Assembly (NCBI GenBank): GCA_002410925.1
Contig: DHPR01000019.1
Span: forward strand, 1-64,000
Direction of reading: 5' to 3'
Source: a bacterium UBP13_UBA5359
Lineage (GTDB): Bacteria; UBP13; UBA5359
Length of the DNA stretch: 64,000 nucleotides
In this document: one piece after another, positions 18,673 to 28,879 of the stretch
Position numbering within the stretch: the first letter of the stretch is position 1
Layout: every line of letters begins with the position of its first letter
The notes under the pieces: generated by a model
Seen by the model: the letters and a program-made list of their open reading frames with translations, nothing else
Databases searched by the model: none
Told to the model about the DNA's origin: nothing
Translations under genes and position numbers: made by a program

Positions 18673-20187
18673 TTATACCGACTGCCTGTATATATCCGCC
18701 AGGCTTGAGCATATCCGACGATAGGTATCGAACATTCCGGTGTATTTCTCATGAGAATCGTAATCCGGCTTAAATGAGTCGGCAATTTCTACGCAACTCT
18801 CTATCGCCTCCTTTTCATTTCGAAATACTCCCACACCCACTCCCGCCAGCAAGGCTGCTCCAAACGAGGCATCTCCTACAGCCGGCACCAGTATCTCCCT
18901 TCCCAAAATATCACTCACTATCCGGCACCATAACTTACTTTTAGCTCCTCCGCCTATCAACCTTATCTCGTTTACCGGCAGCTTCATGTCTTCCAAAATT
19001 CCATAACAATCCCTGATAGAATAAGCAACCCCTTCCAGGACAGATCTGAGAAAATGGCCTTTATCATGCTGCATACTAACACCGGTAAAGCTGGCTCTGA
19101 GATAAGGATCCCAATACGGCGCTCTCTCTCCCAGCAGATACGGATGGAAAAATAAACCTTCTGATCCAGCCGCCACCTGAGCCGCCCTGGCGTCCATAAT
19201 TTCATAAGGGCTCTTGTTTTGACCCCTGGCCTTCTCCACTTCTTCCGCACAGAATAACTCTCTAAACCATCTCTTGGCTGAGGCTGCGGTGTTGGTGGCC
19301 ACCACCGTATACCACAGTCCTGGAATAACATGCGAATATGTCAGCGTCTGCGGATGCGGATAAGGTGTATCGGTCATGACATTGACATTGCCGGCCGTTG
19401 CCAGCTTAATTATGCACTGCCCAGGCTCTACGGCTCCAGCAGCATAATCTTCAACGGCTGAATCCGAACAACCGGCCGCCACTGGAATCCCTGCCGGCAA
19501 TCCTGTTATCCGTGATGCCTCTTCCGTAACCTCGCCTACTATATCAGTGGGCTTTACTAATGGAGGCAGCACCTCCAGCGAGATACCGGCATAACTGCAT
19601 AGCTCCTCTGACCACTCCTGAGCCTTCATGTCGTAGAAAAGAGTGCCCTGTGCCTCTATATAATCTGTCTCCCATGTTCCCGTAAGCCTGTATCTGAGAT
19701 AATCCTTAGCAAACATTATATGGGCTGTTTTACGCAGCACTTCCGGTTCATGCCTCTGTATCCACATTAACTGCGGCAGCGTCCAGGTAGGACTGGGGCG
19801 CTGATAAGTCGTTCGGAATATTCTCTTGCCATAGTTGTTTTCCAACCTGGCTACCTCTTCCACACTGCGTTGATCGGTCCACATTATAACCGGCCGCAGC
19901 ACCTTGAAATCCCTATCAAGCAGTACGGCATTATGCGTCGATCCATCAAGAGCGATGCCGGCTATTTTATCGGCTTGCCATGCACTATGCCGTCTCATTC
20001 TCTGCAATACTCTGCAGATTGCGTTATACCATTCATCCGGGGCTTGCTCCGACCACCCCGGATGAAGGTGGCGGCTTTTGATCTCCTCCATATCTTCAGC
20101 TATAACTCGCCCTTTTTGATCTATAAGAGTAATTTTGCAACCGCTGGTGCCCAGATCTATGCCCAGAAGCAACTTTTCTTTACTCAT
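18673..20187 (-). CDS. FGGY-family carbohydrate kinase (xylulokinase-like)
   Basis: GIDLGTSGCK, WTDQRS, PYLLGERAP, GGGAKS. Confidence 0.92.
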   Translation of the reverse strand: MSKEKLLLGIDLGTSGCKITLIDQKGRVIAEDMEEIKSRHLHPGWSEQAPDEWYNAICRVLQRMRRHSAWQADKIAGIALDGSTHNAVLLDRDFKVLRPVIMWTDQRSVEEVARLENNYGKRIFRTTYQRPSPTWTLPQLMWIQRHEPEVLRKTAHIMFAKDYLRYRLTGTWETDYIEAQGTLFYDMKAQEWSEELCSYAGISLEVLPPLVKPTDIVGEVTEEASRITGLPAGIPVAAGCSDSAVEDYAAGAVEPGQCIIKLATAGNVNVMTDTPYPHPQTLTYSHVIPGLWYTVVATNTAASAKRWFRELFCAEEVEKARGQNKSPYEIMDARAAQVAAGSEGLFFHPYLLGERAPYWDPYLRASFTGVSMQHDKGHFLRSVLEGVAYSIRDCYGILEDMKLPVNEIRLIGGGAKSKLWCRIVSDILGREILVPAVGDASFGAALLAGVGVGVFRNEKEAIESCVEIADSFKPDYDSHEKYTGMFDTYRRICSSLADIYRQSV

Positions 20188-20197
20188 TGCCAGCCCC

Positions 20198-20989
20198 TTA
20201 TCCTTCTGCAATCCAACGGTGCTCAGGATTCAGTGTGGATAGAAATTTTCTGTTCTTGCCGGCCATAATCCATAGATAATACATGCCGTAGCCGGGAGCC
20301 GCCGCTACCGGATGATATCCTCTGGATATCATCACTGTATCGTCATTTTTAACGGTATACGTCTCATCAATGTCTCCGTCGTCGGTATACACCTTCTGTA
20401 TACCGAACCCCTGAGGTTTATCAAATCTGTAGAAGTATACCTCTTCCATGTCGACCTCGTGCGGCAGATTATCATAATCATGCCTATGTGGCGGAAAACC
20501 GGCCCAATTTCCTGCCGGCACTATGGCCTCACCTATATAGATATGTTTGGCACCTATACGCTCATCCAGAATCAGATAGGCTTTTCTTTGCCAGTTATCC
20601 TTACCCAGATCCTTCACAATAACATCTTCAGGTTTAATCAACTGGGGCTTGCTCTTTAAATCAGAGGGTGTCCGGCATAGAGCTACCTCTACGTCAGTCA
20701 ATGCCTTAATTTCATACAAGGTATTAAACGGCAGATAGACGCAGTAAGGCTTGCCGTCGAATACGTTCATTCTATCTCCGATATTCGAAAAATCGAAATC
20801 CTTTCCACTAACCGAACATTTGCCGTTCAATATTAACAGGCCTTCTTCATACCCTGAAGTGCTATTATTATATACCGCGCCGGCATCGAGTTTTAGCATA
20901 TCGAACTCGATATACTCCATTTCACGGCTTTTGACTATCCTTTCATACTTTGATTCCGGCTGCCGGTGTCTCAAATATGTATTCTTCAT
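20198..20989 (-). CDS. iolB: 5-deoxy-glucuronate isomerase (IolB/KduI family)
   Basis: GNWAGFPPHRHD, EEVYFY, GYHPV, YYLW. Confidence 0.85.
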   Translation of the reverse strand: MKNTYLRHRQPESKYERIVKSREMEYIEFDMLKLDAGAVYNNSTSGYEEGLLILNGKCSVSGKDFDFSNIGDRMNVFDGKPYCVYLPFNTLYEIKALTDVEVALCRTPSDLKSKPQLIKPEDVIVKDLGKDNWQRKAYLILDERIGAKHIYIGEAIVPAGNWAGFPPHRHDYDNLPHEVDMEEVYFYRFDKPQGFGIQKVYTDDGDIDETYTVKNDDTVMISRGYHPVAAAPGYGMYYLWIMAGKNRKFLSTLNPEHRWIAEG

Positions 20990-21049
20990 CGCTTTTTTGC
21001 CTCCTGATAATAATTCAGCCTTATATGCTTAAATCGATTATGTTTCTTT

Positions 21050-21712
21050 CTATGCTTTGGCAGATACCGCCCCCCAGTCCTCCAGGAATTTTTCCACGCC
21101 TATATCCGTTAATGGATGATCCGTCAATTTTGAGAAGGTATCGAATGGCAGGGTAACGATATGTGCTCCGGTCAAAGCAGCGTCGGTAACCCAACGTGGA
21201 TTGGTCAAGCTGGCTACTATTACCTCAGTTGCAAAATCGTAATTGCGGAAGATAGTCATAATATCTTCGATCAAATCCGTGCCTACCTGGCCTATATTGT
21301 CCAAACGAGCTACAAAAGGACTGACAAATGTAGCCCCAGCCCTGGCTGCCAAAATTGCTTGGTTGGCAGAAAAGATAAGAGTAACATTTGTTTTTATGCC
21401 CTCCCGGCTCAAAATTTTAACAGCTTTAAGTGCCTCCTGCGTAATAGGCAGTTTAACCGTAACGTTGCTATGAATTCCGGCCAGAGCTTGTGCCTCTTCA
21501 ATCATACTTTGGCTATCAAGACTGACGACTTCAGCACTGACCGGACCATCTACAACAGCACATATATCCCTGATAATTTCCTCAAAGGTTTTGCCTGTCC
21601 TGGCTATTTCTCTTGAAATATGTGTAGGGTTAGTAGTAGCGCCATCAATTACTCCCAGTTCGTTAGCTCTGATAATCTCCTTCATATTGGCTGAATCGAT
21701 AAATATCTTCAT
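21050..21712 (-). CDS. Transaldolase / fructose-6-phosphate aldolase family protein
   Basis: FIDSA, TTNPT, VSAEV, VKLP (Schiff-base Lys), NVTLIFS, SPFVARL. Confidence 0.92.
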   Translation of the reverse strand: MKIFIDSANMKEIIRANELGVIDGATTNPTHISREIARTGKTFEEIIRDICAVVDGPVSAEVVSLDSQSMIEEAQALAGIHSNVTVKLPITQEALKAVKILSREGIKTNVTLIFSANQAILAARAGATFVSPFVARLDNIGQVGTDLIEDIMTIFRNYDFATEVIVASLTNPRWVTDAALTGAHIVTLPFDTFSKLTDHPLTDIGVEKFLEDWGAVSAKA

Positions 21713-21958
21713 CTTTCTTCCTCTTTCCTTTTTATATAGCCGGCCGTTGCCTAAATAGCAGCGAATATGGTCATCGGCCTCTATCTTCTGCAATAGTATT
21801 AACTTGTATTGTTGTTATTATAAGATCCTATTGTATGCAACTCGACTTTACTATACGCAAAATAACCGTTTCCCTAACCGTTTTGTCGTATTGCATCAGC
21901 TTCCATGCATCTAGAAGTTTCCGGAATACCACCCCATATCAGTACCCGTTACGGTACT

Positions 21959-22945
21959 TCAAATTATCTGCAATCCTCCTCCACCTTTGATGGAATCAAC
22001 TATAGCCAGAGCCGTCTTCAACGACTCTATCCCGTCATTCAGCGAAGGTGCAAACTCCCTGTCCTCAATGATACTGAGAGCGAATTCCCGCAACAGCCGT
22101 AAATGAGGCGATTCGGTGTTCTCTCCGGTCTCTTCAAAGCTGCCGTCCTTAGAGAAAACCCTGAGCGTTTTGGACAAGCTGTCGTAGCAAATGGTCCCTT
22201 CCGTTCCAATCAGGTAATAGGCTTCATCTATAGAGAGCCCTCTCCTTATCCAGCCACCGCTCACCGTAGCAACAAAATTGCTACGGAAGGTTATGTTCGC
22301 CACCGTATAATCCATAGGTTCCGGCAACCCGGGAGAGAGCAACAGCCCGTTGCCGCAAACACTGATCGCTTCACCGAACCACCAGCGCATAATATCCAGG
22401 AGATGGATCATGGTATCTATCGTATAGCCGCCACAGATATTCATATCGGCAAACCAGTCACCCTTCTGCCTGCAGTAGCCTGCATTGATGTTGACAGCCT
22501 GACACATCTTAGGCTCTCCCAATGTGGGCAAGAGCTCCCGTATCCGCTTCTCCAGCCAGGATTGTCTTCTCATGAAGTTCATGCCGAAATGAACTCCATT
22601 AGTCGTAACGGCTTCCTTGATAGCCTTGGCCTCTTCCAGATTCAAAGTCAAAGGCTTCTCGCAGAATATATGTTTACCCCTTTGAGCCGCTTTGATTACG
22701 GTATGAACATGATACGGTGTTGGCGTCGCCACAAAGACGAAATCAATATGAGGATTATTCAATATCGCCTCTTCGTTTTGATAAAATTCCACACCATAAT
22801 CATCTCCGGTTTTTTTAGCCCGGTCGATATCGACATCACAGACGGCTGTCAATTCGGTTTCCGGAATTTGCGTTACGTTATAAGCATGAGCGCTACCCAT
22901 TCTGCCGCATCCGATTATGCCGACAGAAACCTTTCTCTTCTGCAT
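21959..22945 (-). CDS. Gfo/Idh/MocA family NAD(P)-dependent oxidoreductase
   Basis: GIIGCGRMG, ATPTPYH, CEKP, DTMIHLLD. GGAGGAG RBS before ATG 22945. Confidence 0.92.
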   Translation of the reverse strand: MQKRKVSVGIIGCGRMGSAHAYNVTQIPETELTAVCDVDIDRAKKTGDDYGVEFYQNEEAILNNPHIDFVFVATPTPYHVHTVIKAAQRGKHIFCEKPLTLNLEEAKAIKEAVTTNGVHFGMNFMRRQSWLEKRIRELLPTLGEPKMCQAVNINAGYCRQKGDWFADMNICGGYTIDTMIHLLDIMRWWFGEAISVCGNGLLLSPGLPEPMDYTVANITFRSNFVATVSGGWIRRGLSIDEAYYLIGTEGTICYDSLSKTLRVFSKDGSFEETGENTESPHLRLLREFALSIIEDREFAPSLNDGIESLKTALAIVDSIKGGGGLQII

Positions 22946-22977
22946 GATGATTTCTCCTCCAAACAACTTCAATCGAT

Positions 22978-25900
22978 TTATTTATTTTTCGTTCCCGTCA
23001 GCGCAAACAGAACGGGGTTAACCTCGCTCATATCTGAAGCATAATCTATAGACACTATCGCTTCATCAGGATATGGATTAATCCATCTATATGAAGTCAA
23101 GGAAGCGTAGGCGCCATTTTTCAGCGCCTTGCTCCATACAGTTACAGCATCCGATGCCCCAGGCAATTCACCGTTCCAACTTACTATCTGATTGCCGTAG
23201 CACAGTTGCAGAACCAGCGATTTGCCATTCAAGTAATTTATTTTATATCTGGCTACATTTCTCGGAGCGTCTCTGTTGGTGGAAAATATATCCTGTCTGG
23301 CAAAATTCACTTCCGGCTTGCTTGTCGTATGAAGAAAGAACAAGCTGTTCAGCTTCTTCTTTATCGGCAGCATGATCTCTTTCGGATAACGGCTGTCTTT
23401 GCCTCGCAGGACAACGCATCCTCTCTGAAGATTGTCACATAGCTTGAAAGGAATACTATCCAGATAATTGATACCCCCGGGTATATCGAAAACCAGGCTT
23501 TTATCATCACCTAGCCAGGAATTTTCACCGGCTGTAAAGCCGGCATTAGCAACCGAGGCTAAATCGAACAGGTAAAACTTATCATCGGCATTGCACTTTT
23601 CACTCCTGATATTCATCAGGCTATTGAACTTATCTACCGGATTGAACCGGATATCGTCAAGCTCAGGCATCCCCTTGCTCCATGAGTACTGAGCCGAGAG
23701 CACTATTTCGGCCATGAACTTAGGCATGCGAATCAGCGAAGCTATACCGGCCCACCAGGTAGTGGCAACATACCCTACGGCATCCACATCTGCAGCCTTA
23801 TTGATAAGATGATAAATGTTTAATGGATCCGTCCAGCCTGCAGCTATAACCTGATTACCGTTTTTCTGCAGATAGTCCATTGAAGAATACCGGCTGTAAT
23901 ACTTGTTGTACCAGTATTTCCACTCCCAAAGAATTATATCTTTTGAGAGCAATGGCAAAGCCTTGGCCGTGAACTGCGGCGCGCCACCCGTACCGCCGAG
24001 CGTCGGATCTCCCGGAAGCAAAGGATCAGCCGCTACAATAGTTTTGATGCCTTTCGCTTTCAAATATTTGTTAACAGCATTCTCAGCCCCGGCAAGCAAC
24101 TCATAAGGTTCTTTTAATCTGCATAGATCGCAGATGCCGATGCTGCCGTGATTGAACTCGTCAAAATTGATCATCAGATGCTCCGGCTTCCTCGGCTCGA
24201 ACAACTCGATAAGCTCATCGATAAGGCTATACATTAAATCGTAGCCTTTGGGGTTGGACAAACAAAGGTTCGTTTCAATCTCGTTTTTTGTTTCAAAAAG
24301 ATGGCCGTAATGAGTTCTGTTAATCCACCAGTTTCCATGGCTCCATCCCTGTATACAGGGTATGATCTTGAGACAACGAGATTGAGCAAAATTTAGGATT
24401 TTCTTAACCTGCTGTTTAGTAAACGCTCCACTTTTTGCTAGTTTCGGCTCATTCTCATATTGCATTCGTTCATCTATCTCAAGAAATATCGTATTGTATT
24501 TCAGATAACTAATAACATCTATCAATTTCAGAATGGCTTCCATTTCAGCTTCGTCATTAGTTCGTGGTAAAAAGAAATGAAAGCCTCGCATACCCTTTAT
24601 ATCAGGCCAATCGTGGATTACAACTTCTTGCACAAAAGACTGCGGCCTCTGGCTAAGTAATTGCCGCAACGTTTGCAAACCGCAGAAAACTCCTCGATCG
24701 CTCTGGCCGGCTACCAATATATAGCCACTTTTAACGATTAAAATATATTCCTCCGGCGCAGATCCGTTGAATTGCAGCTTTTCCATGTCCAGAAGGCGCT
24801 TAACAGCTTTATTCGCGCCGGCATTGCCGACCAGTATAAAGTTGCTCTTGGGATATGTACGAGCCGCGGTCTCGACAGGAAGGGCAAAATGATAAAGATT
24901 TTTGATATCTTTTTGTAACAGATCGATACCATATTCAGCATTATTGCCGGCTATAATCAAGGTATCTCTTTTTATCTTGAATATGCCTTTGCCGATTTCA
25001 ATTCGCTTAGGCGAAGGAACAATGCAAAAGGCCTCTGGCTGCGTTATTTCCTTTTCATCCAAAAGCACAACTTTCATGGCGCACTCGGTAGCAGGCTGCA
25101 GCTTGCCGCTATCTATTGTAACGTCGGCGCTCTTTATCGGCACCTCTGCTTTCGTCTTTTCCCCCAAGAACAAGCGATTGAAATAATTGACGGCATGAAA
25201 AGACTTTCCCGGTATATAGCTCCAGGTATAATCACCCATACCCGCGCCCCGCCGAATACGGCAGAAATTAATATCAAGAGCCTCTCCCGCCGGATTACCG
25301 CTAATATTAAAATCATTCAAGGGAATTTTCCATTCGGCATACCATCGTTTTTTTTCGGCATTTACTCTGGTACGGCATACAATTCCCGTGCTGTTCCAGC
25401 TTCTTGGAGGTAACGATATCAGATCGCTAGACTGGCCGTACCACCGGTTATTATAGCGTCCCAATTCACCGATAATAATTTTTTCATCAAAAAGCGCTCC
25501 CCCGCTGTTCATACAATATTGCACATAATATTTTCCTTTTGGAGAGTAGATAAATACGGCTGTACAATCATCAAGATATACGTTTTCATCTCTCTCTTTA
25601 CACCGAGAAACAATTTTTTCCGGCAGAGGCTCCTCGCATTCAAAGGCCAGGTAGAGATACTCGTTATCATAAAGCGCCTTTACTATTGTTGTAGCTTCTG
25701 CTGTCTTCCTAGTTCCCAGTACAAAAAAAGAATCAGCCGTCATGCCATTATCCCAGGCAGCTTCGCCGGGGTAACCATCGATCTCTATCCTGCCCTTTCT
25801 CTGAGGAACAATATAGGTCTTCGTTTCTGTTTTAGATATATTTGAGGTATCATAGCGATTGATATCGGAAATTCTGATCTCATCGATTTTACCTTTCCAC

Positions 25901-27081
25901 GGATAGGCGTTTTTATCTTCACTATTGAAGCCTAAAGCAGCTCTGCCGATAAGACAAGGTGTTTTTCTATCAATAAATTGAGGAATATAACCCTCCTTGA
26001 TCAGGACCCCGTCTATATACAGCTTAACACGCTTTCCGTTTCTCTCAACAGCAATATGATGCCACTTATGCGCTTCTATTTTGTACGCTAAATCCCTGAC
26101 GGTATTGCCGTTGACAAAAAGAGTGGGCAGGCCGTCTATTATATACAGAGCCAGCCCAGCGGTAGGTGCATACCGTTTATCAAGAATAAAAAAAGTATTG
26201 CCTTTGCCGGAGTTTTCCGGATATACCCATGCCTCTATCGTAAACCTTTCGCCCAGCACCATATCGTCCGGAGCTTCTATATACTGAGAGGAGGCACCCG
26301 TAAGCTGTACACCCTGACCGGATATTCCGGCGCATAAATTTTTCTTCGGTAGATTGACCATGCGAACCCTATTATTCTCCGCATCAAAATTTAAAAGCAG
26401 CAAAGTTGCTGCATCCGCTTTCAAACTATGCTCCGGAAAGAAGGAGATAACTTTATTATCTCCTTCTTTCCAAAGCTCTGCTTCCTTTTTCGGTTTTGAA
26501 ATATCAATCTCGATAAGAGATACTTCATCGAACCAAACAGCGCCCAGGCCGAAATTTCGCAACCAGATGCTTACATCGGAAGCATCACCGGTGTTGAATT
26601 GCACGGAATAGCTGGTCCAGATAGAAGAAGCGGGCAATTTGAGCTCTTCTATTTTAGGAGAAATATATAGACCGGCATGCCTTGATTTAAGATCAGTCTT
26701 ATACCAGAAATTGAGTTCGTAATTCGTACGCGGCTTAAGCACCAATTCCTGAATATACTGAGCACGAGGCCAATCACCGATTACTTCTGTTCCAGTTATT
26801 CTGATGCATCTTTCGCCTTTATAGCTGCCCGTGTTTTCAATGCTGAGTTCAAACTTTCCCTCACCAAAGGTACCTCCTGCCATGATACCTCTTTTCCAAT
26901 CTGCGGGATGGCCATCCTTTGCAAGCTTCTCAAACCCCGGGTTCTTTATCAGATTTTCCGCAGCAGGCAACGGCAGAGCATGCAGAGAAAAAATAATCAG
27001 AAAGGTTGTCGCCGCTGCAACAATGCTTTTTATGCTTCCCCGATATGTCCTTCTTTTATTGTTCACTAACATCATATACAC
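22978..27081 (-). CDS. Large secreted multidomain glycoside hydrolase: signal peptide, CBM4/9-like, LamG, CBM9-like, GH20 (HEX N-terminal plus catalytic)
   Basis: ENLIKNPGFE; FTIEAWV..WHHIAV..GKIDEIRIS; IEIDG..YDNEYLYLAF; IVPSPK..EEYIL..GLQTLRQL..DWPD..YNT..NFDE. Confidence 0.82.
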   Translation of the reverse strand: MYMMLVNNKRRTYRGSIKSIVAAATTFLIIFSLHALPLPAAENLIKNPGFEKLAKDGHPADWKRGIMAGGTFGEGKFELSIENTGSYKGERCIRITGTEVIGDWPRAQYIQELVLKPRTNYELNFWYKTDLKSRHAGLYISPKIEELKLPASSIWTSYSVQFNTGDASDVSIWLRNFGLGAVWFDEVSLIEIDISKPKKEAELWKEGDNKVISFFPEHSLKADAATLLLLNFDAENNRVRMVNLPKKNLCAGISGQGVQLTGASSQYIEAPDDMVLGERFTIEAWVYPENSGKGNTFFILDKRYAPTAGLALYIIDGLPTLFVNGNTVRDLAYKIEAHKWHHIAVERNGKRVKLYIDGVLIKEGYIPQFIDRKTPCLIGRAALGFNSEDKNAYPWKGKIDEIRISDINRYDTSNISKTETKTYIVPQRKGRIEIDGYPGEAAWDNGMTADSFFVLGTRKTAEATTIVKALYDNEYLYLAFECEEPLPEKIVSRCKERDENVYLDDCTAVFIYSPKGKYYVQYCMNSGGALFDEKIIIGELGRYNNRWYGQSSDLISLPPRSWNSTGIVCRTRVNAEKKRWYAEWKIPLNDFNISGNPAGEALDINFCRIRRGAGMGDYTWSYIPGKSFHAVNYFNRLFLGEKTKAEVPIKSADVTIDSGKLQPATECAMKVVLLDEKEITQPEAFCIVPSPKRIEIGKGIFKIKRDTLIIAGNNAEYGIDLLQKDIKNLYHFALPVETAARTYPKSNFILVGNAGANKAVKRLLDMEKLQFNGSAPEEYILIVKSGYILVAGQSDRGVFCGLQTLRQLLSQRPQSFVQEVVIHDWPDIKGMRGFHFFLPRTNDEAEMEAILKLIDVISYLKYNTIFLEIDERMQYENEPKLAKSGAFTKQQVKKILNFAQSRCLKIIPCIQGWSHGNWWINRTHYGHLFETKNEIETNLCLSNPKGYDLMYSLIDELIELFEPRKPEHLMINFDEFNHGSIGICDLCRLKEPYELLAGAENAVNKYLKAKGIKTIVAADPLLPGDPTLGGTGGAPQFTAKALPLLSKDIILWEWKYWYNKYYSRYSSMDYLQKNGNQVIAAGWTDPLNIYHLINKAADVDAVGYVATTWWAGIASLIRMPKFMAEIVLSAQYSWSKGMPELDDIRFNPVDKFNSLMNIRSEKCNADDKFYLFDLASVANAGFTAGENSWLGDDKSLVFDIPGGINYLDSIPFKLCDNLQRGCVVLRGKDSRYPKEIMLPIKKKLNSLFFLHTTSKPEVNFARQDIFSTNRDAPRNVARYKINYLNGKSLVLQLCYGNQIVSWNGELPGASDAVTVWSKALKNGAYASLTSYRWINPYPDEAIVSIDYASDMSEVNPVLFALTGTKNK

Positions 27082-27124
27082 CGTCCTTCGTTAAGGATTT
27101 TAAAATCTTTCAACCTGCCGGGCA

Positions 27125-27856
27125 TTATTGATTGGCATCCAGCAATGTCCAAATTCCAGCCATGGATGCATTATCAATTGCACCGTTACCCCAGGAATTG
27201 CCCTTCATATTGCCGCTGGGATCCTTATACGGCTTAACATGGCCGTCACCGTATAGCGTCATGAAAATATTTCCGTGCCCTCTTCTACCGGCAGAGACTG
27301 CATAAAGAATAAAAGCATCAACGAGCAGCGCCTTTTGAGACCATTCCGAGTCCAGAAAGATGCAGTCATCGTCCAGCATATTGCCGTTGCCATTAAGATC
27401 CTCCCCACGCATGATATAAGAGCCTTCAACCCAGTTGCTGGTCCAGTAAGTAGTATAGTCATCCGACTTGATCGAATCACTGAGGCAATAGAATATGGCA
27501 ACCTGGGTAGTGCCCGCTGAACTGCCAGCGTATTTTCCGATATAGTTTTCCTTATATAAAAGGCCATGGTTAACCCATTTTGCCGAATTGCATTTCATCA
27601 CACATCCGCGTCTCAGAAGGTTGCTCTGAAAATAGCCCGGCATCAGATAACTATCATAATCCTGCGCATACATAAGCATGGCCGCACCAAGCTGTTTGAG
27701 ATTGCTCATACAGGTAGCCTGCCTGGCCTTCTCACGAGCCTGACCAAATACCGGAAAGAGTATAGCACTGAGCAAAGCAATTATTGCTATTACAACCAAT
27801 AATTCAATTAAAGTAAAAGCGTTTATTGAGTTCTTCTTTTTTATATTATCACACAT
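27125..27856 (-). CDS. Prepilin-type N-terminal cleavage/methylation protein with H-X9-DG C-terminal motif (DUF1559-like)
   Basis: [76 protein letters not shown] before ATG 27856. Confidence 0.92.
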   Translation of the reverse strand: MCDNIKKKNSINAFTLIELLVVIAIIALLSAILFPVFGQAREKARQATCMSNLKQLGAAMLMYAQDYDSYLMPGYFQSNLLRRGCVMKCNSAKWVNHGLLYKENYIGKYAGSSAGTTQVAIFYCLSDSIKSDDYTTYWTSNWVEGSYIMRGEDLNGNGNMLDDDCIFLDSEWSQKALLVDAFILYAVSAGRRGHGNIFMTLYGDGHVKPYKDPSGNMKGNSWGNGAIDNASMAGIWTLLDANQ

Positions 27857-27966
27857 TTTACACTCCTTTATCATTAATAAACCGTTTCTTAATGATCTCC
27901 TCAGACTAATAAAACAGGGTCCCGTTTGGTCATATACTTATCTGATCTCTCCTGCATGCTTGTTTA

Positions 27967-28021
27967 CTTGTCTTTACAAGCACGTATTGTTTATATTCGA
28001 CGCATTTGCAGATTTTCCTCT
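27967..28021 (-). promoter_or_regulatory. Operator CTTGTCTTTACAAG (27967-27980) and sigma-H-like promoter AGAGGAAAA-N11-GTCGAAT (27995-28021)
   Basis: TTGT-N4-ACAA palindrome resembling the B. subtilis AraR box, 14 nt downstream of the -10. Confidence 0.7.
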
Positions 28022-28129
28022 CTTTCCTATAACATTATCGCTCATCATAACGAAAATTAGTTACCTTTACCAACATGCGTTATCTACAATGCAACGAGAA
28101 AGACTCTCCTGCCAGACCGCCCTTCGCCA

Positions 28130-28755
28130 TATTGGGCATAACGGCGTTGAAGAGGAAATCTTCCCGGCTCTGGACATTGACGCTTCTGCGACATGCTGCC
28201 GCATATCTGGCCGGATGGTACCCAGTAATGCATGCAGAAGTTGTGCTTTGGTCTCATAATCGTCATCCTGAAGCGCTCCGGTGAGAAAAGCGCCGTTGCC
28301 GACAAAAGCGTTCAGATAATTATCTCGGTGCTGCTTACTACCGGATTATACGGATAGACGACTATGCTCTTGCCGGCAAGCATACCCGTCTCTATACCGG
28401 CTTCGTCTACCATGCCGGCATCTATACCTGCCCGAGACAAAGCGCCAGCCATCTTATTCGCATAGACCTTGGCCGAAGCGGCTTCGGTTCCGGCACGCGT
28501 ATTTCGGACAACTATAACGTCATCGCCAATTCCTTTCATTGCCCCCAGCAGGACCGTAGCCTGTATATCGGCACCTTTCCAGACGGGAAAACGTATACGG
28601 TCGATGCTGCTCCAGCTTGCAGGTGTGCCTTCAACCACAAAATCAGCTCTGTTGAAGATTACATGCTGCCAGCCCTGCATAGGCAATCCGAAGCCGATAT
28701 TCTGATTCGCGGTATACCAGCCTGAGCCAAACCTAAAATGAAATAAGCCCTCCTT
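28130..28755 (-). pseudogene. Startless, frameshifted fragment of a carbohydrate-active protein
   Basis: One frame reads LFHFRFGSGWY..GWQHVIFNRADFVVEGTPASWSSIDRIRF..YPYNP. After a shift near 28315 it reads LNAFVGNGAFLTGALQDDDYETKAQLLHALLG. The upstream in-frame codon is a stop. Boundaries approximate. Confidence 0.55.
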
Positions 28756-28830
28756 CTAACATTGCCGAATTCTTTATCCTGTGCTTAAACCCAAATCGGC
28801 TTAAAGCACCTGCACAGCTCCTCATGTTAG

Positions 28831-28844
28831 CTTGTCTTTACAAG
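28831..28844. promoter_or_regulatory. Second identical operator CTTGTCTTTACAAG
   Basis: Exact 14-bp copy of 27967-27980. Confidence 0.65.
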
Positions 28845-28879
28845 TTGGCGCACACATACACCGCTCTGCTCCTGTTTAT

